Below are positions 22,262-33,667 of a DNA stretch of 64,000 nt, one piece after another; positions within the stretch are counted from its first letter, which is position 1, and the number at the start of each line of letters is the position of its first letter. A model generated the notes under the pieces. It saw only the letters and a list, made by a program, of their open reading frames with translations. It was not told the origin of the DNA and made no database searches. The translations under genes were made by a program, and so were the position numbers. The DNA is from Azolla caroliniana (Eukaryota > Plantae > Polypodiophyta), in the NCBI GenBank assembly GCA_043228905.1, contig JBHGNT010000021.1:13082001-13146000 (forward strand). Direction: 5' to 3'.

Positions 22262-23386
22262 TTACTCTTTTAACACATCCTCTAATTGACTCAAGACATC
22301 GAATCTATTCTCATGGCATGGACTATTAGGCTTATTGACGTTATTAGAAGTAACAATGGAGCTCAAAGTAGGAATATCATGTGCACTTACTTGGTATACT
22401 TGACGTCTAAGTTTATGTGGACAATTCACGGCGATATGTCCTGGACCACCGCAATATAGACATAGGCGGTGCGCCCGACGTCGTTGTTTCTCAACATCGG
22501 ATAAAGGCCCTCGACGTTGTGTTGTCTCTATTTCCATCGGAGTTGGGCCATCCCTTGTAATGGGCCTGGAAACTTGTGGGGGCATTGTGACTACGGAAGC
22601 ATACGTTTGTTCTGGTTGGCGGCGTAACATTTGTTGGCGCTCAGAACGTCGCTCAAAAAGACGATTATCACATCGCACAGCTCGACTAATGGCCTCTGTT
22701 AGAGACTTCGGATCTTCATGGAAAGTAAGTAGAAGATCTTTGACGTCATTACGCAAACCTTGAAGGAATTGATCCATTAAAGCCGCCTCATCCCAAGGGA
22801 TATCACATGCCAAAAGACGAAAATCAGCTGCATACGCTGACGCAGGACGATCTCCTTGTCGGAGTCTTCGAATCTTGTTTATCGCCGTCCTAGTGCTGTC
22901 GGTGTCTCCAAAACTAGCCTGAAACTCCTTAACAAATGCCTCAAAATCGTCTAGCAATGGTGATTTCTTCTCAAGAAGTGGTGCAAACCATGCTAATGTT
23001 GTACCACATAACAAGGTTCCCACTAATCCCACACGAGCCGTGGCAGTTGGGTACCGATTGGGATGTAACTGAATAACCAAACGGACTTGATTCAAAAAAC
23101 CTCGAAATAAAGACCTCATACCATCAAATTTGGCAGGGAGACTAATCTTTGGTTCTCGAGGGGAGTTTTGAGCCCCCAACGCTTGTTCCCGTAATGACAA
23201 TATAGTAGCCTCGAGTTGGTGAACCCATTGTGATAATTCTTCAACTTGTTGAGCTCTTTCGGTACTCACTTGTTGTAGGTCGCCCAATAGCCTTTGATTT
23301 TCATGCTCTAATGCCACAAATTTATTCGTGAGCATGTTGAGCTCAGAGAGAACACGGATGTATTCTTGTTTGCTCACGGACTCCAT
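22262..23386 (-). CDS. gag: Chromovirus Gag (374 aa, intact) with CCHC zinc knuckle
   Basis: PKISLPAKFDG, IRRLRQG...YAADFR, GPTPMEI, CLYCGGPGHIAVNCP. Confidence 0.9.
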   Translation of the reverse strand: MESVSKQEYIRVLSELNMLTNKFVALEHENQRLLGDLQQVSTERAQQVEELSQWVHQLEATILSLREQALGAQNSPREPKISLPAKFDGMRSLFRGFLNQVRLVIQLHPNRYPTATARVGLVGTLLCGTTLAWFAPLLEKKSPLLDDFEAFVKEFQASFGDTDSTRTAINKIRRLRQGDRPASAYAADFRLLACDIPWDEAALMDQFLQGLRNDVKDLLLTFHEDPKSLTEAISRAVRCDNRLFERRSERQQMLRRQPEQTYASVVTMPPQVSRPITRDGPTPMEIETTQRRGPLSDVEKQRRRAHRLCLYCGGPGHIAVNCPHKLRRQVYQVSAHDIPTLSSIVTSNNVNKPNSPCHENRFDVLSQLEDVLKE

Positions 23387-25489
23387 GATGAACGAGGGGA
23401 GAGGAGAAGAAATAAGAGAACTTGTGGAAGAGGGAGAAAATGAAAAAAGAAAATTGGTTCAAACTATCAAGACAAAGAGAAAAAGAGAAGAAAGAGAGAG
23501 AAAAAAGGGAAAGAGATATATTGATGAGGCAGAAAGAGAGAATTGAAAAGGAAGTATTATATTGCGATATAAGATGGAGTACACAGAGTAAGCAATAGGG
23601 AGTTATAGGATGGCGTTTAACCAATTTGGTTTTCGGATGGTTGATAACTCCTTATTTATAACTCTCTATAGAGTAATCTAGAACACTCTAGAATATTATG
23701 GGGTAATCTAGTAATCTAGAAGGTTTATAGCGTCTTCTAGAAGGTTCAAGCATATAGAACACTCTAGAATACTCTAGGACATTCTAGAATATAAAGTAAT
23801 TCAGAATATGCTTATAATATTAGATTATATATTCTAAAAACAATACACATACACTTGTTATTACAATGGTTAAGGATTTGACATGCGTATAACAAGGTTG
23901 TGGGTTCAATTTTCCAAACAAAATGTGAGTGTCATCATAACAGAAGGACTGACCGTATACCGTCTTGCAATGAATGATATCGTCGTAGCGTAATACTTAG
24001 TGGGATACCTCTCGTAATCTAGTAGCGTATAAGGGAGATGGCTACAACCGAGCTCCTTAGACAGTGGACTAGCAACCACGTTGTTACTCATGCCTACGTT
24101 CTTACGACTGCGCTACTGCGCTGCACAGTAGATTAACCACGGATGCACACACAAATCAGAGAAGATAGAACTCTATTAAGATACGCCTTTTACATTCAAA
24201 ATTATATGCTACCTCTATCAGAGGATTTCTTCTCTTTATATATGCAGGGTCTTTTAGCCGTTCACGCTTCCCACGTGAACCGTTTACATGTGTTACAATA
24301 TTACTATATTCTATATTTCTGCACTCTTGTCCGTCGATTACTATTCCGACGGACAACACCTGTGAAGCCATCTGACTCTGGCGGTTGCTGCAAGACCTCT
24401 AGAGTTGAAGTACTGACTCCAATCCCAATCTACTACGACATCTTGACCAAGCCACTTGAATCGGACAAGTTGCAACATTTTTTAGAGATGCTTGGGTTGC
24501 AGCGTCTTGGCATGCCGCACTTGAGGTGGAGAACCGGAACAGGAACCAGCGGCAGAACAAGTAAAGGCACCGGAGAAGTAGCCAGCAAAGAAGAGGAAAA
24601 TATCAAAATAGGGGGGGGGGGGGGGAGAAGAAAAATGGATCGGAGTCGACTAAAGTCGTCCGCACATCCAAAAAAGTCGGAACGAGCAATGACGACGGTA
24701 GAGTCAAGAAGGACAGAGCCGAACGGAACAAGAAGGCCAAGACCCAGACATGGTTTGATGTGGTAAAGGGCCTAGAGGATGAGGAAGAATTGGAGGCAAC
24801 CAATTTAGACAGGAGTTGGAATGAATCGGAGGCAATTGATTCAGAAGCGGTGTTTGATTCTGAGGAGCCGAATCAACTGAAGGCCAAACGGACATGAAGG
24901 TAGTAGAAGTCGATGCTGACACGGAGGAACCGATGGGTTGAGAACCGCCAAAGTCACAACAACGAAGGAGCTTAGATGGGCCTTATGAGAAGACAAGCCG
25001 ACCGAGAAGGTCAAGGTGCGTGGAACCGGACGGGTCATGGAAAGCGGGACCGGATGGGTCGAGGAGCGCGAGCGAGGTGTGAAGATGCCAAGAGGAGCCG
25101 GAGGGAAGGACTAGCAGACACTGACACCATGATCCAACCTCCAATTGAGCTTGAGGGGGAGTGTTGAGCGAGCAAGCTCAACATGATCCGGATTAGTTGA
25201 ATAAGCTAAGAGCCGGATCAGTGTCCAGATCTGAGTGTAACCGATAGGCCGTTAGAGGCCTACGATCCTAGCTTAGTATGTAGGCATATTTTTAGGAGTC
25301 AGTATCAGTCTCTTTGTACGAGCATTGAAGTACTTGCCAGTACCTCTATCAGTCCTTTCGAAGGACTTGCATAAAAGTGCTCACAGAACACATTGTATGT
25401 ACATAGTGATATTTTTTGAATTGGAGTTTAGGGTGTTTTGCTCTCTTTGTCTCTCCTGCGTGTACTCTCTATGTATCTTGAAGTTTAAG

Positions 25490-28400
25490 GACAAAATGTC
25501 GAGTCGGACATCAACTTATGGCACAAGTGGATAGGCCACATCAACTACAAGCAGCTTCAAGACCTGCAATCGAAACAACTGGTGCTCGGATTGCCCAAAT
25601 TTAGTGGCCGGAAGGCACAAATTTGTGAAGCCTGCCAGCTTGGGAAGCAACACTGACTTCCTTTCCCCAATGAGCGTAACCAGAGCCGGAACAAGCTCGA
25701 CTTGATACACACCGATGTGTGGGCGCCGGCACAAAACGTTAGTCTTGGCGGGAGCCGATATTTCGTCTCTTTCATCGACGACTACACGGGGCACACGTGG
25801 ATCTACCTCATTGAGAGGAAAAGCGAAGTCTTCGACTGTTTCCGGGACCTCAAAGGTTTCGTGGAAACGGAAACAAGAAGAAAGATCAAGTGCATGCGGT
25901 CGGATGGTGGAAAAGAATACTTTTCCGGTCAATTCAACGGTTATCTACAACAGATGGGAATTCGGCGCGAATTCAGTTGTAGATACACACCGGAGCAAAA
26001 CGGTGTGGCCGAGAGGAAAAATCGGTCGATTGTGGAAGCGGCGCGGGCAATGCTAGAAGAGAAGAGCTTGCCCAAGTTCTACTGGGCCGAGGCGGTAAGG
26101 ACCGCGGTATACATCCAGAATCGGATCGGAGACAAAGTGTCGGCGCATGAGCTATATTTTGGAATGAAGCCGAACTTGCAACACTTACGAGTTTTCGGTA
26201 GCATTGCGTATGTGCATGTGCCGAAGGAGAAACAGAGGAAGCTGGACGCAAAGGCCAAGAAATGTATCTTGGTCGGTTACTCAGACAAGCAGAAGGGTTA
26301 AGTGTTATAACCCGCGCACCAAACAAGCTCGCGTGAGCCGCGATGTTGTGTTTGACGAGTCCGCGTCCTGGTACTTGCCTCGGACTCCGGACCTCACCTC
26401 CAATCCTAGTTCTGACGATGAGGTCAACGAGGCCAAGATGCCTCCGGATGAGCCTGAAATCGAGACATGCGAAGAGTGTCCGATTTCGTTTCAGTTAAGT
26501 GGACCGAATAGTCGACTGAGTTGGTTCGACCAGTCTGATGAAGAGCTAGCGAGTAGTGGAGACTCGGTCGTGCATTCCCCGCGCAGGAAGCCGAGGAGAC
26601 GGCTTACACACAAAGAGAAAGGGAAGAAGAAGGTGTCGGATTACAGCACGGATAGGCATGAGTCAGATTGACGCGAGTCCAACTTCGAGGGAAGTGGTGA
26701 CGGGTCTTCAAGAGTGAAGTCCGCGTCGGCCGAGAAGACCTCGACATCGGCTAATGACCGCGCCGATCTACCCGCTAGAAGAACCCAGTTGTGCGGTTTG
26801 GATACAACGAGTACATGGTGCATCATTATGCCTACATGAACCATGTAGCGGAAGTGCGTGAGCCGGAGAGCTACGCAGAAGCGGCTAAGGATGTGAATTG
26901 GCGCGCCGCGATGGAGGAAGAGATGCACGCATTGGCGAAAAACGAGACATGGGACCTGGTTGACGCACCAAAGGGTGTGAAGCTGATCAGATGTAGGTGG
27001 GTGTACAAGGTCAAGTACAACACCGACAACTTGGTCAACCGATACAAGGCCCGATTAGTAACAAAAGGCTACACGCAGAAACACAGCATCGACTACGATG
27101 AGATGTTTGCGCCGGTCGCGAAGATGACGACCATCCGTGTTTTGCTCGCGGTAGCTGCGGCAAAGGGGTGGCACTTACATCATATGGATGTAAAGAATGC
27201 GTTCCTGCAAGGTGAGCTTGAGGAACAGGTATACATGGTACAACCCCCCGGATTTCACTCCAGAACGAACACATCGGCAGTGTGCCGATTGAAGAAGTCC
27301 CTTTACGAACTGAAGCAAGCCCCGCGTGCCTGGAACGCAAAGATCACGCAGCAACTGCGTTGGATGGGCTTTGCAATGTCAAAATCGGACTCTTCCCTGT
27401 TCATCCGGAAAGGTCGACTTGGTCCGGTCAGTATTTTACTATATGTTGATGACTTGGTCATCACCTGTGCCGACCTAGGTGAAATCGACCGTGTGAAGCT
27501 CCAGGTTGCGGCATCATTCGACATGAAGAATCTGGGGGACCTTCATTACTTCCTCGGGATCGAAGTGATCCGCACCCCCGAAGGCATACTGATCAGCCAA
27601 CGTCATTACGCGTTGAGCATGCTCTTCAAATTTGGGATGGCAGACTGTAAGTCCGTCTCGACTCCTCTGAATAGAACCGTCAAGCTTTGCCCCGAGTTCG
27701 GAAAGGTATGCGACCCGACGAGGTTTTGACAAATTGTCGGAAGCCTTATCTACTTGACAATCACCCGACCCAATGTCAGTTACCCGGTCGGGGTGATCAG
27801 TCAGTTCATGGCGTCACCTACCGAGGAGCACCTTCAGTGTGTGCAACGCCTACTCCGGTACGTCAGTGGCACTAAGGACCGGGGGCTACTATATCGGTCT
27901 GATACGGCCCGCAGTTGGCCAGCTACACCAATGCCGATTGGGACGGCAACATCGCCGATTTTCGATCCATGTTCGGTTTCGTGTTCTCTCTCGAGAGTGC
28001 CGCGATCGTGTGGAGCAGTAAGAAGCAGCCAACAGTTGCACTGTCGAGCACCGAAGCTGAGTACTGAGGAGCGGCTATCGCGACATGCGAAGCCATATGG
28101 TTGAAGCGGCTACTTAAGGACCTGCACGAGGAGGTGTCTGATCCGACGACGATCTACTACGACAACCTCAGCAGCATCCAGCTCGCGAAGAACCTCATTT
28201 TCCACGCATGGACCAAGCACATTGAGGTGCACTACCATTTTGTCCGTGAGTGTGTCCTTTCTGGTGATGTTGAACTTCAGTATGTTCCGACGAATCGGCA
28301 AACTGCCGACATCTTCACCAAGCCCCTTGGTCTAGACAAGTTGCGGCAATTTTCGGGTGCACTTGGGTTGCGTCACCTCGACATGCCAAACTTGAGGGGG

Positions 28401-29346
28401 AGAACAGTCTTGAAAGACCGAGCATAGGAGTAGGAAGGGAGCAGAAGAGGTCGCCACACCAAGTCAGATGACGAATTCAACTTCGGATCGGCTGAAGAAG
28501 CCGAGGGCGGATCCGCGGAAGAGAGCGAACATAAGGAGAGCAGCCGAAAGAAAGAGTCGAAGCCAACCAAGCATGGGGGAGATGACGCCGTCAAGGGCAA
28601 GAAGACCGAAGATGAGTTGGAGACAGCCAACTCGGATGAGAGCGAAAACCAATCGGAGGTAGTCGAGTCGGTTCAGATGTTTGATTCGGATACTCTGAAT
28701 CAACCGAGGGCCAAGCGGAAAAGAAGGCAGCAGGAGAAGCACCAACACCGCGATAGCAAGGGAGCTATGAAGGGCCGTGGAAGCAGACAAGCCGACTGGA
28801 AGGGTCGAAGCGCGCGGAGTCGAACAGACCGAGGAGCGCGAACTAGGCGTGGAGCAAGGAGGAACCGGAGTGGTGACCCGGAAGATCCCGAAGAGCCTCA
28901 AGTTGAGCTTGAGGGGGAGTATTGAGAGACAAGCTCAACATTGGTCGTATCAGCTGAGCAAGCCGAGGACCGGATCGGTTGGGACCTATTGGTTAGGCCG
29001 GATCGGTACCGGTATGCAAACCGGTGCGTAGGAAGGCCGGATCGGTGCAAAAACCGGGAGGCCATCGGAAAGATATTCCGCAAGGAATATATTTGGGAGT
29101 TAGTCTCAAGGCTCATTTATGAGTAGTCAAGTACCGTCAGTACTTGTGTCAGCCCGATTGTCAGGGCTTGTATAAAGGTGCTCACTGAGCACATCCTATG
29201 TATAGATTGTGTATTATTTTGAATATAGTTTTGTTTTTACTCTCTCTGTCTCTCCCGTGCGTACTATGCAAACCTAAGCTTTCCATTAAACCTGCGTTTT
29301 CTGTTGTTTCAGTTTCCTATATTGCTTCCACACATAATCTTTCACA
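25490..29346 (+). mobile_element. Copia relic B (GAG-pre-integrase, integrase, RT, RNase H, 3' extension, 3' LTR 28920-29346)
   Basis: LWHKWIGH..CEACQLGKQ, IHTDVW..FIDDYT..RSDGGKEY..PEQNGVAERKN, YKARLV, MDVKNAFLQG, LYVDDLVI, KHIEVHYHFVRE, ADIFTKPL. PPT before 28920. Several stops and frameshifts. Confidence 0.93.
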
Positions 29347-30154
29347 ATAACTTTAGGGCTATTTACAAATATAACCTCAACGATCATGTTGTCGCATTGT
29401 TACGCGCGTGCGTGGAGAAAGGCGGGACCACGGGGATCTAGGACCAGGGAGTGAAGGAGCGTAGGAAGTCGTGCTTCACCGTTCCAGGGGAGTCCCAGAA
29501 GAACACCGGAAGCGACCGAAGGGAGAGAGAGAAAGAGAGGGAGCGCGCGCTTAACACCGACTCACGCACACACACACACATGCCGACCCGACTCACGCCC
29601 TTATATACAGGAAACGCAGAAAAGGGGGGGAGCACCCGACACCAACAGAGACGCGAATATACACAGACATATGCAAATGTATATATATAAACAGAAGAAT
29701 ACATTCCCGGCTTCGAGCCGGACCGAGGTAGGTTACAGTAGTCGTCAGCTGCCAAGCCGCCGGTCGGGGAGCTCACGGGCTCGTCGCGCCGAGCGAGGTC
29801 TTGCGCAGGAGATGAGCTAAAGCAAACCCTAAGCGAACACGAAGGGGAAGAAGAAGAAGAAGAACTAACTCTAAACCTAACGGTATACCCTCTAATGCAA
29901 AATGGGCAACCCTTTCATAAAGGGCGTTCCCTTCCTTTTATAGAACAAGGAGAGGGATGCGTTACAATGTGGGACAAATCCCGACTTACATGGGATCGTC
30001 TGTCCTGACTTGACTACTCTTCGGCGCCATAAAGGCGCTCTCGATATTCACACTAAATGTACATGGGTGCGTACACACGCTGCACCCCGTCGATGACGCC
30101 AATGTTTCCCGGTTTCCGCCCCTAGCCGAAATTCTTCACGACATCCGCCCCCAC

Positions 30155-33100
30155 CTAACTACACGTCCACCGGTACATGCCAATCCGGTTAAAGGGTGAG
30201 AGATTTCGGCCGGTGAGAAACCCGTCTTCCATGATCCACATCCCGGCTCGCTGCCGGTTTGATCCATCGGCTTTGATTCTTCCTTCGCGCTTACCTTCCC
30301 GTAGGCTCATTCGACCCGTCGATGGGTCCTCTGCCGCGATCTCCGTAGTACGCGTACTTCCGTTGGCCCTTGTTCGGCCGTATGAACGCCCCGCTTCCCG
30401 CCGTATGCCCGATGTCCTCCGTTTGAGGAACGCCCGTAACGGCCCGCTTGGCCTCCGTTGATCATTCGCGTCGTCCTGATTTCCGTCCCATGTCGTTTCA
30501 CGTTGCCCTCGTCCTCTCGCGTCCACCTTCCTTCTCCATGGTCTTACATCGCCGCGTCGGTTCGAACCGCCATGGTCTCCGGAACGGTGTGGTGGATCCC
30601 TTTCCGGCCTTCTCCGTGCTACCTCCAAACCGTGCAACCTATCTCCGCGCTCGCCTTTCCGCTCCGGCACCTCCGTGTGCCACATACCCTCGTCCGTTGT
30701 TTGGCATTGCCCGTGTTGCAGTCTGGTTCATTGCACGCCTTGTCAGCCCCCTTTCCGGCCAGATCGTGCATTGCCGCTCACCCACATACCGGCGTCCTTT
30801 GCATCCGAGGAACACCCTGTAGTAGCCTGTTTGGCCCTTTCCATCTTCGTGCTGCTGCAACAGGTCCTGAGTCTTCCGTTTGCTGTCGTCCCCTCGCCCC
30901 CACCAGCTTGTCACCCCGGGCTTGCCGTGTCAGTCTTCGCTACTTCGACGAAGCTACCAAGATCTACGAAACGAGTGTGGAGGATCCTCCTCCGGCCTCT
31001 CTTGCCATCCCCCGACTCCAACCCTGTGCAATCCACTAGGCATTTGTCACCTCGTCCCCGGCACCTTTCTTGTGCCATGTTCCGCTTCCTTTGTTCGGCC
31101 CCGCCCGCGCCGAACACCGTCCCGTAGTCACGCTTCGATCCAGCCCGCGATGGCCACTTGCGAGACTCTTGTTCCGTCCAGGGTGTGCCTTTCCGGCCTA
31201 ACACACCTCCCCGCGTTTGCCCCTACCGGCTCCTTCCGAAACCTCGTGTCGTCGGGTCCAGTTCCCTACCGCCACCTTCCTTCTCCCTCAGTCTTACGTT
31301 GCCACGTTGGCCGATCAGCCGGGGTCTCCGGATCGGTGTGAGGTTCCCATAGGACCGGGCTCCGTTTCTATGCTTGCCGAAACTCAGGTGCCTTTTTTTC
31401 GAGTCCGTCCCGGACTCTCCTCGTGTCTTCCGCGTAGTCGGGTCCCGTTTCCCGCCGCCACCAACCTTCTCTCTTGGTCTCATGTTGCCACGTTGGCCGA
31501 ACTGCCGGAGTCTCTGGTTAAGTGTGGGGATCCCGTAGGACCAGACTTCCTTACGCCCTTTGGCCTTCGTCACCTTGCCGCCACCGTCAGTATCTTGGTC
31601 TTACGTCGACCGTGTTGCCGACTGCCGAAGTCTCTAGAACCGGTGTGAAGGATCCTCCGTAGGCCGCCCATCCCTAGCCCTTTTGCCTTCGTCACCTCGC
31701 CGCCACCGTCAGTATCTTGGTCTTACGTCGACCACGTTGCCGACTACCGAAGTCTCTAGAACCGGTGTGAAGGATCCTCCGTAGACCGCCGATTTGTCTT
31801 CTCGACCCTGTCCCGGGTCGTCCTTTTCCGCATGCCGAGAGGGCGGTTTAGTCCGCACCCTCTCCCGTGGTATCGACGTACCGTGTCCTCGGCCTCTTCG
31901 TAGGCCTGCGCTCTTCCTCCCTCCTGAAATGGTCATCCGGGAGTCCGCTCCGCCCGGTTCTCGCTCGGGTCCGTTCGTCTTTCTCCGGATTGCCGAGTCC
32001 CGTTCTCCTGTCGCCATCGATCTCTCTTATAGGACTCACGCCGGCACTCGGGCCTGCAGCCTGATCGGTGTAAGGAATCCCATAGGACCGGCTTTCATTC
32101 TCTTTTCAACTCTCGACCTTCGCCCGGTCGGTCTTTCTCCCCATGTAAAAGAGGGCGGCTCGTCCCGCACCCTCTCCCGTATCAGCACCTTCATGCCGAA
32201 TCCGGCCCCGATCGAACGATCCACGACCGGATTCTGCTCCATACGAATCGGAATGCCGATCTTCTCTTGCCGCTTCCGTCCTCAGCCTCCTCGCAGGCCG
32301 TTTCCCATCCGTCTTCGCTGGCATCGTGCCAGGACTCCTCGGTACCGCTATCCATCTCCTCGGTCTTACATGGGCATACGGGCCAGAATGCTGATTTCTC
32401 CGGAATTGGGTCCGTGGGCTTTCGTCTGCTCTTTCCCCGTATCGTCTCGCCGGTGATTCCTGGCCATTCGCCGCCGCCTTCCTCCACTTGGGACTCACGT
32501 GGACACTCGGGCCCGACCGCCATCGTCTCAGGAGCAAGTGTGGGAAGACACAAAGAATCGCTCGTCCGTTTTACGCCCTTGTCCGTAGCCACCGACTCTT
32601 CGTGGTCGGCAGTCGACTTCTTACCGATCGTGCAAGCCCCGTCTGGGCTTGCTTCTCCAATGACCGGGACCTCGGGCTGACACGCCCGAAACCGTTGGTC
32701 CCAACGTTCCGGTTCCGCGATTAGTATCTCGGCCTCGTCCTTGGCCGTTCTATCTCCGCTAGTCGAGAGGGCGTTTCGTTCCGCACCCTCTCCCGTGGTA
32801 CCATCGTACCGATCTTCCGCCGTCGCGTGGGGCAAGTCTGTCTCCTCAGTCTCGGCTTGCGGCCTCTGTCTTTCCTCTTCCTCGAGCATCGCCTCGAGAG
32901 CTGCGTACGCCTCCACAATTTTGGCCCCAACGCCGACCCTTGCCGACTCTCTTCGCCGTTCGGCCTCTTCCCGTTGTGATGGCACGCCGTCGCATACCTT
33001 CCTCTTAGCCTTCTTGGCTCGCTCGTTGTCTAGCCGTTGGCACACCCTTCCGACCTTCGACCAGTCCTCTGTAAGCCCATTCGCTCCATCATCGTCTTCG

Positions 33101-33630
33101 AGCTCAATCCCGATGGCCTCTCGTTCCGCTCGGTCGATCGACTTGACGAACAATAGGACCTTGTCCGCCTCCACCAAACCTTGTTCCCGCTCCGGGAGCC
33201 GAGCAAGCCGCCGCTCGAACTCTCGAAACGCCTTGGCCGCGCCCCGGTGGGTCCTTGCCAATGCTACCCATTGGTCAAAGTCGTGTCATCCCCGGCTCTT
33301 CCACCATCCTCCGTATGCCTTCAGGAGCGCCTCTTCGAAGGCCTCCCACGAACTATGAGCCTCACGGAGCTCCTTTATTTCCGCATGCTTCTGGACAGCC
33401 ACGACCCGACAGAAGAACTCCAGCCTCAACGCCTCATCTACGCCACGCTCCTCCATTTCCGCGTTGTAGGCTTCCAAGTAAGATGGGACTTTGTCCCCGT
33501 TGAAACGGCCGACTCTTTCGACCACTCGCTCAACCGCTTGTTGCGCTGCTTCTCGCCTCATCACCACTCGTGCCGACTCCAACACCACTTCGGCCACCAT
33601 CTCCGCAAGGTCGTCGTCTTCCGACTCCAT
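30155..33630 (-). pseudogene. Frameshifted Gag-like + disordered tail ORF homologous to that of element 1
   Basis: RREAAQQAVERVVERVGRFNGDKVPSYLEAY, DKVLLFVKS, GEGAERNALS, WHDASEDGWE, C-terminal YRWTCS*. Confidence 0.75.
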
Positions 33631-33667
33631 CCTCCCTTGCCGCGTTTCACGTCGGGCTCACCAAAGA

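Larger units (their letters stand above)
13580..23942 (-). mobile_element. Tcn1-like chromovirus (Ty3/gypsy), interrupted at 13934-18890
   Basis: 5' LTR ~23465-23942. Truncated 3' LTR ~13580-13713. PPT (gaagaagggggatag on minus) at 13714-13730. Domain order gag-PR-RT-RH-INT-chromodomain. Confidence 0.9.
10655..24358 (-). mobile_element. Unclassified LTR retrotransposon (LTRs 10655-11126 and partial 23943-24358), gag-pol deleted, with extra coiled-coil ORFs
   Basis: The two LTR copies share sequence and end ggacaaca. 5-bp TSD CCTGT at 10650-10654 and 24359-24363. The TATA box suggests minus orientation (tentative). Confidence 0.8.
9663..25490 (+). mobile_element. Copia relic A (protease, internally deleted RT/RNase H, 3' extension, PPT, partial 3' LTR), interrupted at 10655-24358
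   Basis: WYVDSGVSNH at 9665, LYVNDLV/MKDLGDLHYFLGIE, and WSSKKQPTVALST. The RNase H text ATITTC|EAI resumes at 24364. PPT gagggggag at ~25153-25161, LTR starts tgttgag at 25162. Integrase is deleted near 9925. Confidence 0.85.
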
